Shown in pieces: positions 37,150 to 48,613 of a stretch of DNA of 64,000 bases. A program made the position numbers and the translations under genes. This DNA is from a virus. Positions within the stretch are counted from its first letter, which is position 1. The number at the start of each line of letters is the position of its first letter. The DNA lies in the UHGV virus genome UHGV-2113617. One strand, written 5' to 3'. A model generated the notes under the pieces. It saw only the letters and a list, made by a program, of their open reading frames with translations, made no database searches and was not told the origin of the DNA.

Positions 37150-37974
37150 TTAGATATTTGACCAGACTTTGTTTGCAGAGAAACGTTTTCCTTTTGAAAC
37201 GAACTGCTGAAGTGGCATTAACACAACGTTCGCCCAGTCTTTCGGGGCGATTTCAACAAGGCTACCCATAATATTACCAGGTATATATGCCTTAATCATT
37301 TGGTCTGCACCTCTAAATCCTTTCACTTGACTCCAATCAATTTTTAATTTCGTTTTATTAGTAATAGTAGGTGTATTTGCATATTGCTTTAAAAGCTCTT
37401 CTAGAAATTGCTGACGAGCTTTAGGTGGAATATAGTGCAAGTTCAATCCGTACATTAAATTGTGTTTACCTAAACCGAGGTAAATTATCAAAGGAAATTT
37501 ATCCCAATAAGGAAGAGTTTCTTTGTGTTTAGCATCATAAGCAAAAGCATATATTCGTCCCGGCTGCGGGCGAACAACTTTATGTCCTTTTACCTGCTTA
37601 ATAGTTTCAGCAAACCACTTTCTGGTTTTATTATTAATTGCTGCACCTTCATTACGAATTTTATCACGCAACGTTTGCCTGAATGAATTTATCATAAGCA
37701 GTTGTCTTTCTTGCTTATTGAGTTTATTCATTGGTTTTGATTCAAGCTTTTGAATCTTTTCAGCCGTTTTAATTCCTGAAGCATATTTTGACATTGCCGA
37801 AGTAAACGTAGAGTATTTGATTCCTCTTTCTTCAGCAAATTGCTTTCCTGTCATTCCTTTTGCTTTGGCCTTTTTGTATTCAAGACCTATCTGAATCCAT
37901 TTCTTTTCGTTTAATGATTGCTTAACCTTTGGAACTTGGGGAGTGCTTTCATTAATTATTTGAAAAATAGCCAT
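37150..37974 (-). CDS. 2: DNA end protector gp2
   Basis: 274 aa. Confidence 0.8.
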
Positions 37975-38426
37975 TATGCCCCCTTAAAGCCAAGAGCTCG
38001 TAATCCATCTTCTGTTAAAATTCTAAATTTTATTCCACGCTTTTCAGCTAAAGCTTGAGCTGCTTTCCATTTGTCAGTATTAACGGAATATGTATAAATT
38101 TCATTCATAAATCTTTTCTTCGCTGCAGTTGTTAGATGTGCTGGTTTAACTGGTGGTTGTGTTTCTTTTTTAGGCTTTATTTCAATAAAAAATTCTTGTC
38201 CAGAAGAATCTTTCATCCAAATATCCATGAAGTATCTACGTTTTTTCCCTTCTGCATTACAAAAATAAGGAATTACTGCTGTTTCACTACCCCATGCAAT
38301 AATTTCTGGATTTTTATCTAACCATTCAAAAAAGAATTTTTCCCAATTTGATCTATACGTAATTTTTTTAGGGTCACCTCTATATTTTGATATATTTTTA
38401 GGAACCCATTTTCCAGAATATGCCAT
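37974..38426 (-). CDS. 4: head completion protein gp4
   Basis: 150 aa. Confidence 0.8.
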
Positions 38427-38437
38427 TGGATTCTCCT

Positions 38438-38445
38438 TATAAATA
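38438..38445 (+). promoter_or_regulatory. T4 late promoter for gene 53
   Basis: TATAAATA 28 nt before ATG. Confidence 0.7.
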
Positions 38446-38452
38446 GATAATA

Positions 38453-38460
38453 TATTTATA
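38453..38460 (-). promoter_or_regulatory. divergent T4 late promoter for genes 4-2-3
   Basis: minus-strand TATAAATA. Confidence 0.65.
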
Positions 38461-38473
38461 AACAGGAGGGCCC

Positions 38474-39064
38474 ATGCTCTTTACATTTTTTGATCCGATT
38501 GAATATGCGGCCAAAACGGTGAATAAAAACGCGCCGACTATTCCTATGACAGATATTTTTAGAAACTATAAAGACTATTTCAAACGTGCTCTTGCGGGAT
38601 ATCGCTTACGTACTTATTATATTAAAGGTTCACCACGCCCGGAAGAATTAGCAAATGCTATATATGGAAATCCACAGTTGTATTGGGTTTTATTGATGTG
38701 TAATGATAATTATGATCCGTATTATGGATGGATTACTTCGCAAGAAGCTGCTTATCAAGCATCTATACAAAAATACAAAAATGTAGGTGGAGACCAAATA
38801 GTATATCACGTGAATGAGAATGGTGAAAAATTTTATAATTTAATATCATACGATGATAATCCATATGTTTGGTATGATAAAGGCGATAAAGCTAGAAAAT
38901 ATCCTCAATACGAAGGAGCACTTGCTGCGGTCGATACGTATGAAGCTGCTGTTCTTGAAAATGAAAAACTTCGTCAAATAAAAATAATAGCAAAATCAGA
39001 CATCAATTCATTTATGAACGACCTTATACGTATAATGGAGAAATCTTATGGAAATGATAAGTAA
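38474..39064 (+). CDS. 53: baseplate wedge protein gp53
   Basis: 196 aa, GGAGGG RBS. Confidence 0.85.
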   Translation: MLFTFFDPIEYAAKTVNKNAPTIPMTDIFRNYKDYFKRALAGYRLRTYYIKGSPRPEELANAIYGNPQLYWVLLMCNDNYDPYYGWITSQEAAYQASIQKYKNVGGDQIVYHVNENGEKFYNLISYDDNPYVWYDKGDKARKYPQYEGALAAVDTYEAAVLENEKLRQIKIIAKSDINSFMNDLIRIMEKSYGNDK

Positions 39065-40775
39065 TAACCTCAACTGGTTTGTTGGCGTTGTTGAAGATAG
39101 AATGGACCCATTAAAATTAGGTCGTGTTCGTGTTCGTGTGGTTGGTCTGCATCCGCCTCAAAGAGCACAAGGCGATGTAATGGGTATTCCAACCGATAAA
39201 TTGCCATGGATGTCAGTTATTCAACCGATAACTTCTGCAGCAATGTCTGGAATTGGAGGTTCTGTTACAGGGCCAGTAGAAGGAACTAGAGTATATGGTC
39301 ATTTTTTAGACAAATGGAAAACTAACGGAATTGTCCTTGGCACTTATGGCGGAATAGTTCGCGAAAAACCTAATAGACTTGAAGGATTTTCTGACCCAAC
39401 TGGACAGTATCCTAGACGTCTAGGAAATGATACTAACGTATTAAACCAAGGCGGAGAAGTAGGATATGATTCGTCTTCTAATATTATCCAAGATAGCAAT
39501 CTAGACACTGCAATAAATCCCGATGATAGACCGCTATCAGAAATTCCAACTGATGATAATCCAAATATGTCAATGGCTGAAATGCTTCGCCGTGATGAAG
39601 GATTAAGACTAAAAGTTTATTGGGATACAGAAGGATATCCGACAATTGGTATTGGTCATCTTATCATGAAGCAGCCAGTTCGTGATATGGCCCAAATTAA
39701 TAAAGTTTTATCAAAACAAGTTGGTCGTGAAATTACCGGAAATCCAGGTTCTATTACAATGGAAGAAGCGGTAACTTTATTTGAACGTGATTTAGCTGAT
39801 ATGCAACGTGACATTAAATCACATTCTAAAGTTGGCCCAGTTTGGAAAGCAGTTAATCGTTCTCGTCAAATGGCATTAGAAAATATGGCATTTCAGATGG
39901 GTGTTGGCGGTGTAGCTAAATTTAACACAATGTTAACTGCTATGTTAGCCGGAGATTGGGAAAAAGCATATAAAGCCGGTCGTGATTCATTGTGGTATCA
40001 ACAAACAAAAGGCCGTGCATCCCGTGTTACCATGATTATTCTTACAGGGAATTTGGAATCATACGGTATTGAAGTTAAAACACCAGCTAGGTCTTTGTCA
40101 GCAATGGCTGCTACCGTAGCAAAGTCTTCTGATCCAGCTGACCCTCCTATTCCGAATGATTCGAGAATTTTATTCAAAGAACCTGTTTCTTCATATAAAG
40201 GTGAATATCCGTATGTTCACACAATGGAAACTGAAAGCGGTCATATTCAGGAATTTGATGATACCCCTGGACAAGAACGATACAGATTAGTTCATCCGAC
40301 TGGAACGTATGAGGAAGTATCACCGTCAGGAAGAAGAACAAGAAAAACTGTTGATAATTTGTATGATATAACAAATGCTGATGGTAATTTTTTGGTAGCC
40401 GGTGATAAAAAGACTAACGTCGGTGGATCAGAAATTTATTACAACATGGATAATCGTCTTCACCAAATAGATGGAAGCAACACAATATTTGTCCGTGGCG
40501 ATGAAACTAAGACAGTTGAAGGTAATGGAACTATCCTAGTTAAAGGTAATGTTACTATTGTAGTTGAAGGTAATGCTGACATTACAGTTAAAGGGGATGC
40601 TACCACTTTGGTTGAAGGAAATCAGACTAATACAGTAAATGGAAATCTTTCTTGGAAAGTTGCTGGGACAGTTGATTGGGACGTTGGTGGTGATTGGACA
40701 GAAAAAATGGCATCTATGAGTTCTATTTCATCTGGTCAATACACAATTGATGGATCGAGGATTGACATTGGCTAA
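39048..40775 (+). CDS. 5: baseplate hub / tail lysozyme gp5
   Basis: 575 aa; lysozyme segment MAEMLRRDEGLRLKVYWDTEGYPTIGIGH; C-terminal VxG beta-helix repeats. Confidence 0.95.
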   Translation: MEMISNNLNWFVGVVEDRMDPLKLGRVRVRVVGLHPPQRAQGDVMGIPTDKLPWMSVIQPITSAAMSGIGGSVTGPVEGTRVYGHFLDKWKTNGIVLGTYGGIVREKPNRLEGFSDPTGQYPRRLGNDTNVLNQGGEVGYDSSSNIIQDSNLDTAINPDDRPLSEIPTDDNPNMSMAEMLRRDEGLRLKVYWDTEGYPTIGIGHLIMKQPVRDMAQINKVLSKQVGREITGNPGSITMEEAVTLFERDLADMQRDIKSHSKVGPVWKAVNRSRQMALENMAFQMGVGGVAKFNTMLTAMLAGDWEKAYKAGRDSLWYQQTKGRASRVTMIILTGNLESYGIEVKTPARSLSAMAATVAKSSDPADPPIPNDSRILFKEPVSSYKGEYPYVHTMETESGHIQEFDDTPGQERYRLVHPTGTYEEVSPSGRRTRKTVDNLYDITNADGNFLVAGDKKTNVGGSEIYYNMDNRLHQIDGSNTIFVRGDETKTVEGNGTILVKGNVTIVVEGNADITVKGDATTLVEGNQTNTVNGNLSWKVAGTVDWDVGGDWTEKMASMSSISSGQYTIDGSRIDIG

Positions 40776-40809
40776 TATACTTCCAATGAGCGCTGATTTA
40801 GGAGAATCC

Positions 40810-41304
40810 ATGGAAGGTTCTTCTATCGACGTCACCTTTACTGCTCAATTAGAAACAGGTGAAACGTTAGTATCTATAAATATAACTAGTTACGAAGAAA
40901 CTCCTGGGGTTTTAGTAGAAGAAAATCGCTTATACGGAACATATGAATCTGTGTTTGGATTTGGAAATGACGCGTTGAAATATCGTTTAGGCGATGAATT
41001 TAAAACTGCTGCTTCATGGGAAGAACTTCCTACTGATTCTGATACTCAGTTGTATTTATGGAAAGCTCCTCAAAACCTCCAGAAGACATTCACTTACGAA
41101 GTAACATTAATATATGACTACCAAGAACAAAGTGAATCTGGAGGTTCTGGCAGTAATTCTAGGTCATCTTCTGATACTACTGAACCGACAGATCCTCCTG
41201 CTCCAGTAAGAAAAACTCTCGTTAAAAATTATACTAAAACTATAGTTGGAAATTGGAGTCGTTGGGCTAATAAATTAAGAAGCTATGTGTATGAGAGGTC
41301 ATAG
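40810..41304 (+). CDS. 5.1: gp5.1-like protein
   Basis: 164 aa from MEGSS (AGGAGAA RBS). Confidence 0.65.
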   Translation: MEGSSIDVTFTAQLETGETLVSINITSYEETPGVLVEENRLYGTYESVFGFGNDALKYRLGDEFKTAASWEELPTDSDTQLYLWKAPQNLQKTFTYEVTLIYDYQEQSESGGSGSNSRSSSDTTEPTDPPAPVRKTLVKNYTKTIVGNWSRWANKLRSYVYERS

Positions 41305-41598
41305 ATGTCAGGATTAAGTTATGATAAGTGTGTTACTGCCGGCCATGAAGCATGGCCTCCAACAGTTGTGAATGCTACACAAAGTAAAGTATTCACTGGA
41401 GGAATTGCTGTTCTCATAGCAGGTGATCCAATTACAGAACATACAGAAATTAAAAAGCCATATGAAACACATGGCGGAGTGACACAACCTAGAACTTCTA
41501 AGGTATATGTCACTGGAAAGAAAGCGGTTCAAATGGCTGATCCAATATCATGCGGTGATACTGTGGCTCAGGCATCATCTAAAGTATTCATTAAATAG
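41305..41598 (+). CDS. 5.4: PAAR-like spike tip protein gp5.4
   Basis: 97 aa. Confidence 0.75.
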   Translation: MSGLSYDKCVTAGHEAWPPTVVNATQSKVFTGGIAVLIAGDPITEHTEIKKPYETHGGVTQPRTSKVYVTGKKAVQMADPISCGDTVAQASSKVFIK

Positions 41599-41606
41599 GA
41601 TTTAAA

Positions 41607-43589
41607 ATGGCAAATACCCCTGTAAATTATCAATTAACAAGAACAGCAAATGCTATTCCCGAGATATTCGTCGGGGGTACATTTGCTGAAATAAAACAAA
41701 ACCTCATTGAATGGCTTAATGGCCAAAATGAATTTTTGGATTATGATTTTGAAGGCTCAAGATTAAACGTTCTGTGCGACCTTTTGGCTTATAATACGCT
41801 GTACATTCAACAGTTTGGTAATGCTGCTGTGTATGAAAGCTTTATGCGTACTGCTAACTTACGAAGTTCAGTTGTTCAAGCTGCACAAGATAACGGATAT
41901 TTACCTACTTCAAAATCCGCTGCGCAGACCGAAATTATGTTAACATGCACCGACGCATTGAATAGAAATTACATTACTATTCCTCGCGGTACTCGCTTTT
42001 TAGCATATGCAAAAGATACTTCCGTTAATCCTTATAACTTTGTATCTACCGAAGATGTTATTGCTATTCGCGATAAAAATAACCAATATTTTCCGCGTTT
42101 AAAATTAGCCCAGGGACGTATAGTAAGAACTGAAATCATTTATGATAAATTAACACCTATTATCATTTATGACAAAAATATAGATAGAAACCAAGTTAAG
42201 CTGTATGTTGATGGAGCAGAATGGATTAACTGGACAAGAAAGTCAATGGTTCATGCTGGTTCTACATCAACAATTTACTACATGCGTGAAACTATTGATG
42301 GAAATACTGAATTTTATTTTGGTGAAGGTGAGATTTCCGTTAATGCGGCAGAAGGAGCATTGACCGCTAATTATATTGGAGGTCTTAAACCTACCCAGAA
42401 CTCTACGATTGTTATTGAGTACATCAGTACTAACGGTGCAGATGCGAATGGCGCAGTCGGATTTTCATATGCAGATACATTAACAAATATAACTGTCATC
42501 AACATTAATGAAAATCCAAACGATGACCCAGATTTTGTTGGGGCAGATGGCGGCGGCGATCCAGAAGATATTGAACGTATTCGCGAATTGGGTACTATTA
42601 AACGCGAAACCCAGCAACGCTGCGTAACTGCGACTGACTATGATACATTCGTTTCAGAGAGATTTGGTTCTATTATTCAAGCAGTTCAGACGTTCACTGA
42701 TTCTACTAAACCTGGTTATGCATTTATTGCTGCTAAACCTAAATCAGGACTATATTTAACTGCTGTACAGCGCGAAGATATTAAAAATTATCTCAAAGAC
42801 TATAATTTAGCTCCTATTACACCATCAATTATTTCTCCTAATTACCTTTTTATTAAGACTAATTTAAAAGTCACATATGCTTTAAATAAGCTGCAAGAAT
42901 CCGAACAGTGGCTCGAAGGTCAAATAATTGATAAAATTGATCGTTATTATACCGAAGATGTAGAAATTTTTAACTCATCTTTCGCTAAATCTAAGATGTT
43001 GACATATGTAGATGATGCAGATCATTCTATCATTGGCTCATCAGCGACAATTCAAATTGTTCGTGAAGTACAAAACTTCTATAAAACGCCTGAAGCAGGT
43101 ATTAAATACAATAATCAAATAAAAGAACGTTCTATGGAATCTAATACGTTTTCATTTAATTCTGGACGAAAGGTTGTAAATCCTGATACTGGTTTAGAAG
43201 AAGATGTATTATATGACGTTCGCATAGTATCAACAGACCGAAATTCTAAAGGAATTGGTAAAGTTATTATTGGTCCATTTGCTTCTGGCGATGTTACAGA
43301 AAATAAAAACATTCGTCCATACACGGGCAACGATTTTAATAAATTAGCAAATTCTAGTGGACGCGACAAATACTATGTTATCGGTGAAATAAATTATCCA
43401 GCTGATATGATTTATTGGAATATCGCTAAAATTAATTTAACATCCGATAAATTTGAGGTTCAGACTATTGAACTATATTCTGACCCAATAGACGATGTTA
43501 TTTTCACACGTGATGGTTCACTGATTGTATTTGAAAATGATTTACGCCCGCAATACTTAACTATCGATTTGGAGCCTATATCACAATGA
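41607..43589 (+). CDS. 6: baseplate wedge protein gp6
   Basis: 660 aa. Confidence 0.9.
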   Translation: MANTPVNYQLTRTANAIPEIFVGGTFAEIKQNLIEWLNGQNEFLDYDFEGSRLNVLCDLLAYNTLYIQQFGNAAVYESFMRTANLRSSVVQAAQDNGYLPTSKSAAQTEIMLTCTDALNRNYITIPRGTRFLAYAKDTSVNPYNFVSTEDVIAIRDKNNQYFPRLKLAQGRIVRTEIIYDKLTPIIIYDKNIDRNQVKLYVDGAEWINWTRKSMVHAGSTSTIYYMRETIDGNTEFYFGEGEISVNAAEGALTANYIGGLKPTQNSTIVIEYISTNGADANGAVGFSYADTLTNITVININENPNDDPDFVGADGGGDPEDIERIRELGTIKRETQQRCVTATDYDTFVSERFGSIIQAVQTFTDSTKPGYAFIAAKPKSGLYLTAVQREDIKNYLKDYNLAPITPSIISPNYLFIKTNLKVTYALNKLQESEQWLEGQIIDKIDRYYTEDVEIFNSSFAKSKMLTYVDDADHSIIGSSATIQIVREVQNFYKTPEAGIKYNNQIKERSMESNTFSFNSGRKVVNPDTGLEEDVLYDVRIVSTDRNSKGIGKVIIGPFASGDVTENKNIRPYTGNDFNKLANSSGRDKYYVIGEINYPADMIYWNIAKINLTSDKFEVQTIELYSDPIDDVIFTRDGSLIVFENDLRPQYLTIDLEPISQ

Positions 43590-46500
43590 CAGTAAAAGCA
43601 CCTTCAGTCACTAGTCTCAGAATTTCCAAGTTATCCGCAAATCAGGTGCAAGTACGCTGGGATGACGTTGGTGCTGATTTCTACAAAATAGTAGAAATCG
43701 CTGAGACAAAAACAAACTCGGGGGAAAATCTCCCGAGCAATCAATACCGATGGATTAACTTAGGATATACTGCAAATAACAGCTTCTTTTTTGATAATGC
43801 TAATCCATTGACATCGTACATTATTAGAGTAGCTACAGCTGCACAGGATTTTGAGCAGTCTGATTGGATTTATACCGAAGAGTTTGAAACTTTTGCTACA
43901 AACGCTTATACATTTCAAAACATGATTGAAATGCAATTAGCTAATAAATTCATTCAGGAAAAATTTACTCTTAATAATTCTGACTATGTTAATTTTAATA
44001 ATGATACTATAATGGCTGCATTGATGAATGAATCATTCCAATTCAGCCCATCATATGCTGATGTTTCATCAATAAGTAATTTTATTATTGGTGAAAATGA
44101 GTATCATGAAATACAAGGTTCTATTCAGCAAGTATGTAAGGATATTAATCGAGTTTATTTGATGGAATCAGAAGGGATTCTATATCTTTTTGAGCGTTAT
44201 CAACCTGTAGTTAAAGTATCCAATGATAAAGGTCAAACCTGGAAAGCTGTAAAGCTCTTCAATGACCGTGTAGGATATCCTTTATCTAAGACTGTATATT
44301 ACCAATCTGCGAGCGCAACATACGTTCTAGGATACGACAAGATTTTCTATGGCCGCAAATCTACTGATGTTAGATGGTCAGCTGATGATGTCAGATTTAG
44401 TTCGCAGGACATAACATTCGCTAAACTTGGTGATCAACTTCATTTGGGATTTGATGTTGAAATCTTTGGTACTTATGCTACATTACCTGCAAACGTGTAT
44501 CGTATAGCTGAAGCTATTACTTGCACCGATGATTACATTTACGTTGTCGCCAGAGACAAAGTTAGATACATAAAAACGAGTAATGCACCTATAGATTCTG
44601 ATCCATTATCTCCAACATATTCGGAAAGGCTATTTGAACCTGATACAATGACTATAACTGGAAATCCTAAAGCAGTATGCTATAAAATGGATTCTATTGG
44701 TGATAAAGTTTTTGCTCTTATTATCGGTGAAGTTGAAACATTAAATGCTAATCCTAGAACGTCAAAAATAATTGATTCTACTGATAAAGGAATATATGTT
44801 TTAAATCATGACACAAAAACGTGGAAAAGAGTTTTTGGCAACACTGAAGAAGAAAGAAGACGTATTCAACCTGGGTATGCGAATATGTCAACTGATGGTA
44901 AATTAGTTTCTCTATCTTCGAGTAATTTTAAATTTTTAAATGATAACGTTGTTAATGACCCTGAAACTGTAGCAAAATATCAGTTAATCGGTGCCGTTAA
45001 ATATGAATTTCCTCGTGAATGGTTAGCTGATAAGCATTATCATATGATGGCATTTATAGCAGATGAAAAGTCTGATTGGGAAACTTTTACGCCTCAGCCA
45101 ATGAAATACTATGCAGAACCATTCTTTAACTGGTCTAAAAAGTCTAATACACGGTGCTGGATAAACAACTCTAATAGGGCTGTGGTAGTTTATGCAGATT
45201 TAAAATATACTAAAGTTATTGAAAATTTTCCAGAAACATCGCCAGATAGATTAGTTCATGAATACTGGGATGACGGCGATTGCACTATAGTAATGCCAAA
45301 CGTTAAATTCACGGGATTTAAAAAATATGCGTCTGGGATGCTTTTTTATAAATCCTCTGGTGAAATAATTTCTTATTATGATTTTAACTATCGAGTGAGA
45401 GACACGGTTGAAATAATTTGGAAGCCAACTGGAATATTTTTAAAAGCATTTTTACAAAACCAAGAGCATGAGACTCCTTGGTCACCAGAAGAAGAGCACG
45501 GATTAGCTGACCCTGATTTAAGACCATTGATTGGCACAATGATGCCTGATTCTTATTTACTACAAGATTCGAATTTTGAGGCATTTTGCGAAGCATATAT
45601 TCAATATCTTTCTGATGGATATGGAACTCAGTATAACAATTTACGAAATTTAATTCGTAACAAATATCCACGAGAAGAGCATGCATGGGAATATTTGTGG
45701 TCAGAGATATATAAAAGAAACATTTATTTAAATGCTGACAAACGTGATGCTGTTGCAAGATTTTTTGAATCACGTAGCTATGATTTTTATTCTACTAAAG
45801 GAATTGAAGCATCATACAAATTTCTTTTTAAAGTTCTTTATAATGAAGAAGTTGAAATTGAAATTGAATCTGGTGCTGGTACTGAATACGATATAATCGT
45901 TCAATCTGATTCTTTAACTGAAGATTTGGTAGGACAAACGATTTATACAGCCACAGGAAGATGTAATGTTACTTATATAGAAAGAAGTTATTCTAATGGT
46001 AAATTGCAATGGACCGTAACTATTCATAATCTTTTGGGAAGATTAATTGCTGGTCAAGAAGTTAAAGCAGAAAGACTTCCGAGTTTTGAAGGCGAAATTA
46101 TTCGTGGTGTTAAAGGAAAGGATTTGCTTCAAAATAATATAGACTATATTAATAGAAGCCGATCATATTATGTAATGAAAATTAAATCCAATTTACCTTC
46201 TTCTCGCTGGAAATCTGACGTTATTCGTTTTGTTCATCCAGTAGGATTTGGATTTATAGCAATTACCCTTTTAACGATGTTTATTAATGTTGGTTTAACT
46301 CTTAAACACACAGAGACTATAATTAATAAATACAAAAACTACAAATGGGATTCTGGATTGCCTACTGAATATGCTGATAGAGTAGCTAAATTAACTCCAA
46401 CTGGCGAAATTGAACATGATTCAGTGACAGGAGAAGCAATTTATGAACCTGGCCCAATGGCTGGTGTAAAATATCCTCTTCCTGATGACTATAATGCTGA

Positions 46501-46684
46501 AAATAGTAATTCAATATTTCAAGGTCAATTGCCTTCTGAACGACGCAAGTTAATGAGTCCTCTATTTGACGCATCTGGAACAACATTTGCACAGTTTAGG
46601 GATTTAGTTAATAAACGTCTAAAAGATAATATAGGAAATCCAAGAGACCCTGAAAATCCAACACAGGTTAAAATAGATGAATGA
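43586..46684 (+). CDS. 7: baseplate wedge protein gp7
   Basis: 1032 aa. Confidence 0.9.
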   Translation: MTVKAPSVTSLRISKLSANQVQVRWDDVGADFYKIVEIAETKTNSGENLPSNQYRWINLGYTANNSFFFDNANPLTSYIIRVATAAQDFEQSDWIYTEEFETFATNAYTFQNMIEMQLANKFIQEKFTLNNSDYVNFNNDTIMAALMNESFQFSPSYADVSSISNFIIGENEYHEIQGSIQQVCKDINRVYLMESEGILYLFERYQPVVKVSNDKGQTWKAVKLFNDRVGYPLSKTVYYQSASATYVLGYDKIFYGRKSTDVRWSADDVRFSSQDITFAKLGDQLHLGFDVEIFGTYATLPANVYRIAEAITCTDDYIYVVARDKVRYIKTSNAPIDSDPLSPTYSERLFEPDTMTITGNPKAVCYKMDSIGDKVFALIIGEVETLNANPRTSKIIDSTDKGIYVLNHDTKTWKRVFGNTEEERRRIQPGYANMSTDGKLVSLSSSNFKFLNDNVVNDPETVAKYQLIGAVKYEFPREWLADKHYHMMAFIADEKSDWETFTPQPMKYYAEPFFNWSKKSNTRCWINNSNRAVVVYADLKYTKVIENFPETSPDRLVHEYWDDGDCTIVMPNVKFTGFKKYASGMLFYKSSGEIISYYDFNYRVRDTVEIIWKPTGIFLKAFLQNQEHETPWSPEEEHGLADPDLRPLIGTMMPDSYLLQDSNFEAFCEAYIQYLSDGYGTQYNNLRNLIRNKYPREEHAWEYLWSEIYKRNIYLNADKRDAVARFFESRSYDFYSTKGIEASYKFLFKVLYNEEVEIEIESGAGTEYDIIVQSDSLTEDLVGQTIYTATGRCNVTYIERSYSNGKLQWTVTIHNLLGRLIAGQEVKAERLPSFEGEIIRGVKGKDLLQNNIDYINRSRSYYVMKIKSNLPSSRWKSDVIRFVHPVGFGFIAITLLTMFINVGLTLKHTETIINKYKNYKWDSGLPTEYADRVAKLTPTGEIEHDSVTGEAIYEPGPMAGVKYPLPDDYNAENSNSIFQGQLPSERRKLMSPLFDASGTTFAQFRDLVNKRLKDNIGNPRDPENPTQVKIDE

Positions 46685-47681
46685 TTCAAGTGTTATCTAT
46701 CGTGCGATAGTTACTTCAAAATTTAGAACAGAAAAAATGTTGAATTTTTATAATTCAATTGGGAGTGGTCCGGATAAAAACACTATCTTTATCACATTTG
46801 GAAGATCAGAACCGTGGTCATCAAATGAAAATGAGGTGGGCTTTGCTCCACCTTATCCAACTGATTCTGTATTGGGTGTAACTGACATGTGGACTCATAT
46901 GATGGGAACCGTAAAGGTTCTTCCATCTATGCTTGATGCGGTTATTCCTCGTAGAGATTGGGGAGATACTAGATATCCGGATCCATACACATTTAGAATT
47001 AACGATATTGTAGTATGTAACTCAGCTCCTTACAATGCTACTGAATCAGGCGCAGGATGGCTAGTATATCGTTGTTTAGATGTTCCTGACACAGGAACAT
47101 GCTCAATAGCATCTTTGACTGACAAGGATGAATGTATTAAGTTAGGTGGAAAATGGACTCCTTCTGTTAGGTCAATGACTCCTCCTGAAGGTCGAGGAGA
47201 CGCGGAAGGAACAATCGAACCTGGAGACGGATATGTTTGGGAATATCTTTTTGAGATTCCGCCTGATGTATCTATAAATAGATGCACAAATGAATATATC
47301 GTAGTTCCTTGGCCTGAGGAATTAAAAGAAGACCCAACTAGATGGGGGTATGAAGATAATCTCACTTGGCAACAAGATGATTTTGGATTAATTTACCGTG
47401 TTAAGGCAAATACTATCCGTTTTAAAGCATATTTAGATTCAGTTTATTTTCCTGATGCTGCATTACCGGGAAATAAAGGATTTAGACAAATATCAATAAT
47501 CACCAATCCTCTTGAAGCTAAAGTTCATCCAAATGACCCAAACGTTAAAGCTGAAAAGGATTATTATGATCCGGAAGATTTAATGAGGCATTCGGGCGAA
47601 ATGATTTATATGGAAAATAGGCCACCTATTATCATGGCAATGGATCAAACAGAAGAAATCAATATTCTGTTTACATTTTAA
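46677..47681 (+). CDS. 8: baseplate wedge protein gp8
   Basis: 334 aa. Confidence 0.9.
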   Translation: MNDSSVIYRAIVTSKFRTEKMLNFYNSIGSGPDKNTIFITFGRSEPWSSNENEVGFAPPYPTDSVLGVTDMWTHMMGTVKVLPSMLDAVIPRRDWGDTRYPDPYTFRINDIVVCNSAPYNATESGAGWLVYRCLDVPDTGTCSIASLTDKDECIKLGGKWTPSVRSMTPPEGRGDAEGTIEPGDGYVWEYLFEIPPDVSINRCTNEYIVVPWPEELKEDPTRWGYEDNLTWQQDDFGLIYRVKANTIRFKAYLDSVYFPDAALPGNKGFRQISIITNPLEAKVHPNDPNVKAEKDYYDPEDLMRHSGEMIYMENRPPIIMAMDQTEEINILFTF

Positions 47682-47686
47682 ATTAA

Positions 47687-47713
47687 GGGAGCCCATAGGC
47701 TCCCTTTTTTTCT
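47687..47713 (+). terminator. rho-independent terminator after gene 8
   Basis: GGGAGCC-CATA-GGCTCCC then TTTTTTTT. Confidence 0.7.
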
Positions 47714-47714
47714 T

Positions 47715-47722
47715 TATAAATA
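47715..47722 (+). promoter_or_regulatory. T4 late promoter for gene 9
   Basis: TATAAATA. Confidence 0.7.
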
Positions 47723-47746
47723 CTATAAACTCATAAGGAAACCGCT

Positions 47747-48613
47747 ATGTTCATTCAAGAACCAAAGAAATTGATTGATACCGGCGAAATTGGTAACGCT
47801 TCTACTGGTGATATCTTATTCGACGGTGGTAATAAAATTAATAGTGATTTTAACGCAATTTATAATGCGTTTGGCGATCAGCGCAAAATGGCAGTAGCAA
47901 ATGGCACTGGAGCAAATGGCCAAATTATCCATGCTACTGGATATTATCAAAAGCACTCTATAGCAGAGTACGCAACTCCAGTAAAAGTTGGCACTAGACA
48001 TGATATTGATACCTCTACTGTAGGTGTTAAAGTTATCATTGAAAAAGGCGAACTTGGCGACTGTGTTGAATTTATTAACTCAAATGGATCAATATCAGTT
48101 ACTAATCCTTTAACAATTCAGGCTATTGATTCAATCAAAGGCGTTTCGGGTAATTTGGTAGTAACTAGCCCATATAGTAAAGTTACTTTACGATGTATTT
48201 CATCTGATAATTCTACATCTGTTTGGAATTATTCTATTGAAAGTATGTTTGGACAAAAGGAATCACCAGCTGAAGGTACATGGAATATTTCTACATCTGG
48301 ATCAGTTGACATTCCACTATTTCACCGTACTGAATATAACATGGCTAAATTGTTAGTTACGTGCCAATCGATAGATGGAAGAAAAATTAAAACAGCAGAA
48401 ATAAATATTCTTGTGGATAATGTTAATTCAGAGGTCATTTCTTCTGAATATGCTGTCATGCGAGTTGGGAATGAAACTGAAGAAGACGAAATCGCTAATA
48501 TTGCATTTAGTATTAAAACAAATTATGTAACAGCGACTATAAGTTCTTCAACTGTCGGTATGAGAGCAGCAGTTAAAGTTATCGCTACGCAGAAAATCGG
48601 GGTGGCTCAATAA
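47747..48613 (+). CDS. 9: baseplate socket / long tail fiber attachment gp9
   Basis: 288 aa. Confidence 0.9.
   Translation: MFIQEPKKLIDTGEIGNASTGDILFDGGNKINSDFNAIYNAFGDQRKMAVANGTGANGQIIHATGYYQKHSIAEYATPVKVGTRHDIDTSTVGVKVIIEKGELGDCVEFINSNGSISVTNPLTIQAIDSIKGVSGNLVVTSPYSKVTLRCISSDNSTSVWNYSIESMFGQKESPAEGTWNISTSGSVDIPLFHRTEYNMAKLLVTCQSIDGRKIKTAEINILVDNVNSEVISSEYAVMRVGNETEEDEIANIAFSIKTNYVTATISSSTVGMRAAVKVIATQKIGVAQ

Noticed and set aside
40480-40780. Tandem repetitive sequence near the 3' end of gene 5
   Set aside because: Coding repeat: the VxGxxxxx octapeptide repeats of the gp5 beta-helix, not a mobile or regulatory repeat.
45384-45773. 129-aa minus-strand ORF inside gene 7
   Set aside because: Embedded antisense in a long structural gene; the same applies to 40174-40374, 41314-41532, 43115-43369, 46386-46592, 47030-47365, 49452-49673, 50675-50953, 51370-51618, 54302-54484, 56879-57067, 57387-57584, 61890-62192 and 63451-63642.
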